Source: an uncultured virus (IMG/VR IMGVR_UViG_3300027127_000005)
Taxonomy: Duplodnaviria; Heunggongvirae; Uroviricota; Caudoviricetes
IMG/VR virus record: IMGVR_UViG_3300027127_000005
Span: 1 to 64,000 of that record
DNA length: 64,000 nt
Direction: 5' to 3' (one strand)
In this document: positions 61,593 through 64,000 of the stretch, piece by piece
How the letters are laid out: each line of letters starts with the position of its first letter
How positions within the stretch are numbered: position 1 is the stretch's first letter
The notes under the pieces: model-generated
Database searches by the model: none
Told to the model about the DNA's origin: nothing
What the model saw: the letters and a program-made list of their open reading frames with translations, nothing else
Made by a program: the position numbers and the translations under genes

Positions 61593-62228
61593 TCAATTCT
61601 CCTTAATCCAAAATCCATCAGCAGTCATAGTCCATCCAGCAGCAATTGTCTCATCATAAGTCATTTGTTTTTCAATTTTTTTAAGAAGATAAGAACCATC
61701 ACCCTGATCCACCCATTCAATTTGATCCCCTTCTTCTAGGTTTGCTGCCTCTAGAAGATCGTCAGGGAAAGTAACAAAGTATTCAGCACTAGGACCATCT
61801 ACTTCAATGGGAAGTTGCCACTTGGTTACTTTATCCTTCTTTTGATTGGCAATGCCATACTCAAGATCACTGTGCCCCCAAGGACGCATACCATCATCCT
61901 TTTCTTCTTCTGGGTAATAATGCTCTTCCCAGAAGGAAGTCCAAGACTTTTTACATTCTGGTGATGGGTTATCTTTATCACATACAAGATTTTCTTTCTT
62001 CTCAAGATATTCATCATATGCTGGGATATGTCCTTTACCATTACCATTTAATAATGCAAGGAGTTCATAACAACGAGAAGTCTGATTTTTGTAAGAATAA
62101 TAGTTTTCTTCAACTACTTTACGAATACAGTCATAAATTTCTTGTGGAGATGCTTCTGCAGAGTTTAGAGCATCTTCTACCCAAGTCTCAAGTTTTTCAA
62201 GAGAATACTTTTTATAGTCAAAGTTCAT
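61593..62228 (-). CDS. hypothetical protein with C-terminal AbrB/MazE-like domain
   Basis: FVTFPDDLLEAANLEEGDQIEWVDQGDGSYLLKK. Confidence 0.65.
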   Translation of the reverse strand: MNFDYKKYSLEKLETWVEDALNSAEASPQEIYDCIRKVVEENYYSYKNQTSRCYELLALLNGNGKGHIPAYDEYLEKKENLVCDKDNPSPECKKSWTSFWEEHYYPEEEKDDGMRPWGHSDLEYGIANQKKDKVTKWQLPIEVDGPSAEYFVTFPDDLLEAANLEEGDQIEWVDQGDGSYLLKKIEKQMTYDETIAAGWTMTADGFWIKEN

Positions 62229-62375
62229 TAAGATAATCCTTGATTGCTTGCTCCATAATAACCTGAATCTCCTTCTGCGTCAACCCATTCATCCAAGACC
62301 ATTTTGGGTCTTGTGGGTCCCAATCCATAGTATAAGACCCATCTTCATTTTGAGTGATTTTTAAAGTATCTTCCA

Positions 62376-62576
62376 TCACATATCAATATGAATATCAGAT
62401 TCCCAAGATTTCTTTTCAACTTTACGAAGAGTTTTAAGTTCTTTATAAAGGTCTTTAATCTGTTGATATGCTTCCTCTGGTGAAATTTTATCACTAATTT
62501 CAAGACCAGCAATTAGAGCAACCTTATCACCAAATCGGGCAAGTGCTCTTTCGAATTCAGTTAGAGTTTCGTACAT
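62376..62576 (-). CDS. conserved small cyanobacterial/cyanophage-type protein
   Basis: F..KV..I.GLE...KISPEEAYQQIK.L pattern. Confidence 0.65.
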   Translation of the reverse strand: MYETLTEFERALARFGDKVALIAGLEISDKISPEEAYQQIKDLYKELKTLRKVEKKSWESDIHIDM

Positions 62577-62866
62577 CAGAGATTCTCCTCTTGTTCGGTT
62601 TCAATCACACAATCACTCAGAGGATATGCAACACAAAGCATAGAGAAACCTTCATTCATTTGGTCATCATCAAGGAAGGATTGTTCGGAATTATCCACTT
62701 CACCTTCCACAACTTTACCAACGCAGGCAGAGCAAGCACCAGCACGACAAGACGAAGGAAGGTCGATGCCTGCGTATTCGGCAGCATCAAGAATGTATTG
62801 GTCTTCAGGGCATTGAATAGTTTGTTCGGTTCCGTCAGCAGAACGGAGAGTTACATTAAAAGTCAT
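62576..62866 (-). CDS. petF: plant-type [2Fe-2S] ferredoxin
   Basis: [24 protein letters not shown]...QSFLDDDQ...LCVAYP.SDC.IET.QEE.L. Confidence 0.95.
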   Translation of the reverse strand: MTFNVTLRSADGTEQTIQCPEDQYILDAAEYAGIDLPSSCRAGACSACVGKVVEGEVDNSEQSFLDDDQMNEGFSMLCVAYPLSDCVIETEQEENL

Positions 62867-63727
62867 TTGTCTAAAGTATAATTGCTTAGATTGTAAGTTA
62901 TGGGATGAATATTGTCAATCTTTTCTTGTAGTCTCTTTTCAACTTCATACAAACAGTTAGTGAGTTCTACATTTTCTTCTTCCAATCTTTTGATATCAAG
63001 AAGAAGAGCATTATACTTTTCTTCCAAATCAATAATTTTATCAAAAAGTGACATATCAGTTGTTGGAATCTGGTAAGGTTTTAAAAAATCATCAATCCAT
63101 TTAAACATTAGATTACTCCTATTTCTTTAAGATATGCTTGATACCTCATAAAACCCCCAAGTCTTACTGGTCTTCCCAAACTATTGCAACATTCAACATA
63201 ACTATTGAATTCAAACCACGGTGTTGTCGGGTCGATTTGGGGGAATTGGCTCTTTTGTATGTAGTTGTTTGATGAATTTAGAAAGTTCTGTAGTTTCGTT
63301 CCATTCCCAGATTGTTCCATCTTTTTGCGTATAAGTTCTTTTAGTCATATTTTTTCAAAACACACACTATTAAAATTACCACAAACTCCCCTTAAAGTCA
63401 ATTTTGTATGATAAGAATGAACGTTTACTGTTTCTACACAATACACAAAATTTTCAAATAAGGTGTTTCTTGGGTCATCATTGGAACCCCAATTAATTTG
63501 TGCTTGGGTACAACCAATGTAAATTACTTTATCCCCGTGTTTAAAGTTTTCCACCTACCTCTCCTTCATAACGTCTGGATTCAGGGAAACCTTCCTGCCT
63601 CCCTTTAAGATAGTAACGGGTCGCTGAGATACATTGCTCTTCAGTGAGAGACGTGATAAGTCCATTGTCGTCTTTGTCTGTTGAATACCAGAGTCCATAC
63701 TTTTTTTCTCGAACATAAAATGCATCA

Positions 63728-63934
63728 TCATAAAGTTGTTCCACTCTTAACTCCATCGACTTGAATATAAATTGTAGTAGTATCGTTCCAATGCCTAATC
63801 GCATTGGCACATATGAATATGTTAGTAATAAAATAAGTTGCAAATAGAATTGTTCTAATAATTGCAACTTTATCTGCTTCCTTATTATTTTTTCCTACTT
63901 TTTCTCCCAGTGCCTTGCACCATAGTCTCCACAT
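63728..63934 (-). CDS. conserved cyanophage small membrane protein
   Basis: MWRLWCKALGEK...ADKVAIIRT followed by a TM helix and IRHW. Confidence 0.65.
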   Translation of the reverse strand: MWRLWCKALGEKVGKNNKEADKVAIIRTILFATYFITNIFICANAIRHWNDTTTIYIQVDGVKSGTTL

Positions 63935-64000
63935 CTGTTCCAGGTTTAATGAATAGTTGATAATCTGTTTTTTTGAACTTGGATTTAACAATATACTTTT

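Noticed and set aside
61593..62228. AbrB/MazE-like domain as part of a toxin-antitoxin pair
   Set aside because: No adjacent toxin-like ORF recognised; only the domain resemblance is supported
398..62881. Plus-strand ORFs in the ORF track
   Set aside because: They are antisense shadows of denser minus-strand genes or tRNAs, with no recognisable motifs or promoters
1..64000. Alternative genetic code or stop-codon reassignment
   Set aside because: Known proteins are intact under the standard code, all three stops are used, and no suppressor tRNA was found

Overview
AT-rich segment of a large T4-like phage, most likely a cyanomyovirus (petF ferredoxin, a picocyanobacterial-type tmRNA tag, a cyanobacterial-type tRNA-Leu intron, TATAAATA late promoters). 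Essentially every real gene is on the minus strand. Bases ~1-48,500 are a hyperplastic early region of >150 small ORFs. They are organised into units by about 32 copies of a 22-bp dyad that sits ~30 nt upstream of a -10 box. Recognisable genes there include an SF2 helicase, an ArdA-like protein, a DUF2786 protein, a metallophosphoesterase, an RlpA-like protein, a pilin-like protein, an RNA ligase and several free-standing GIY-YIG/HNH endonucleases. Five of these endonucleases each have the same upstream module: late promoter, ~60-nt RNA with intrinsic terminator, second late promoter, then an mRNA leader complementary to that small RNA. Bases ~48,600-56,900 hold a permuted two-piece tmRNA and most of the window's 27 tRNA genes (together covering all 20 amino acids; several are structurally odd and one has a group I intron). 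The same stretch has an HNH-disrupted tRNA, a 155-nt tRNA-like RNA and a Dam methylase next to a PD-(D/E)XK-like ORF. The right end carries late head/internal-protein-like genes and petF. All calls were made by eye from sequence and motifs; no database searches were run.
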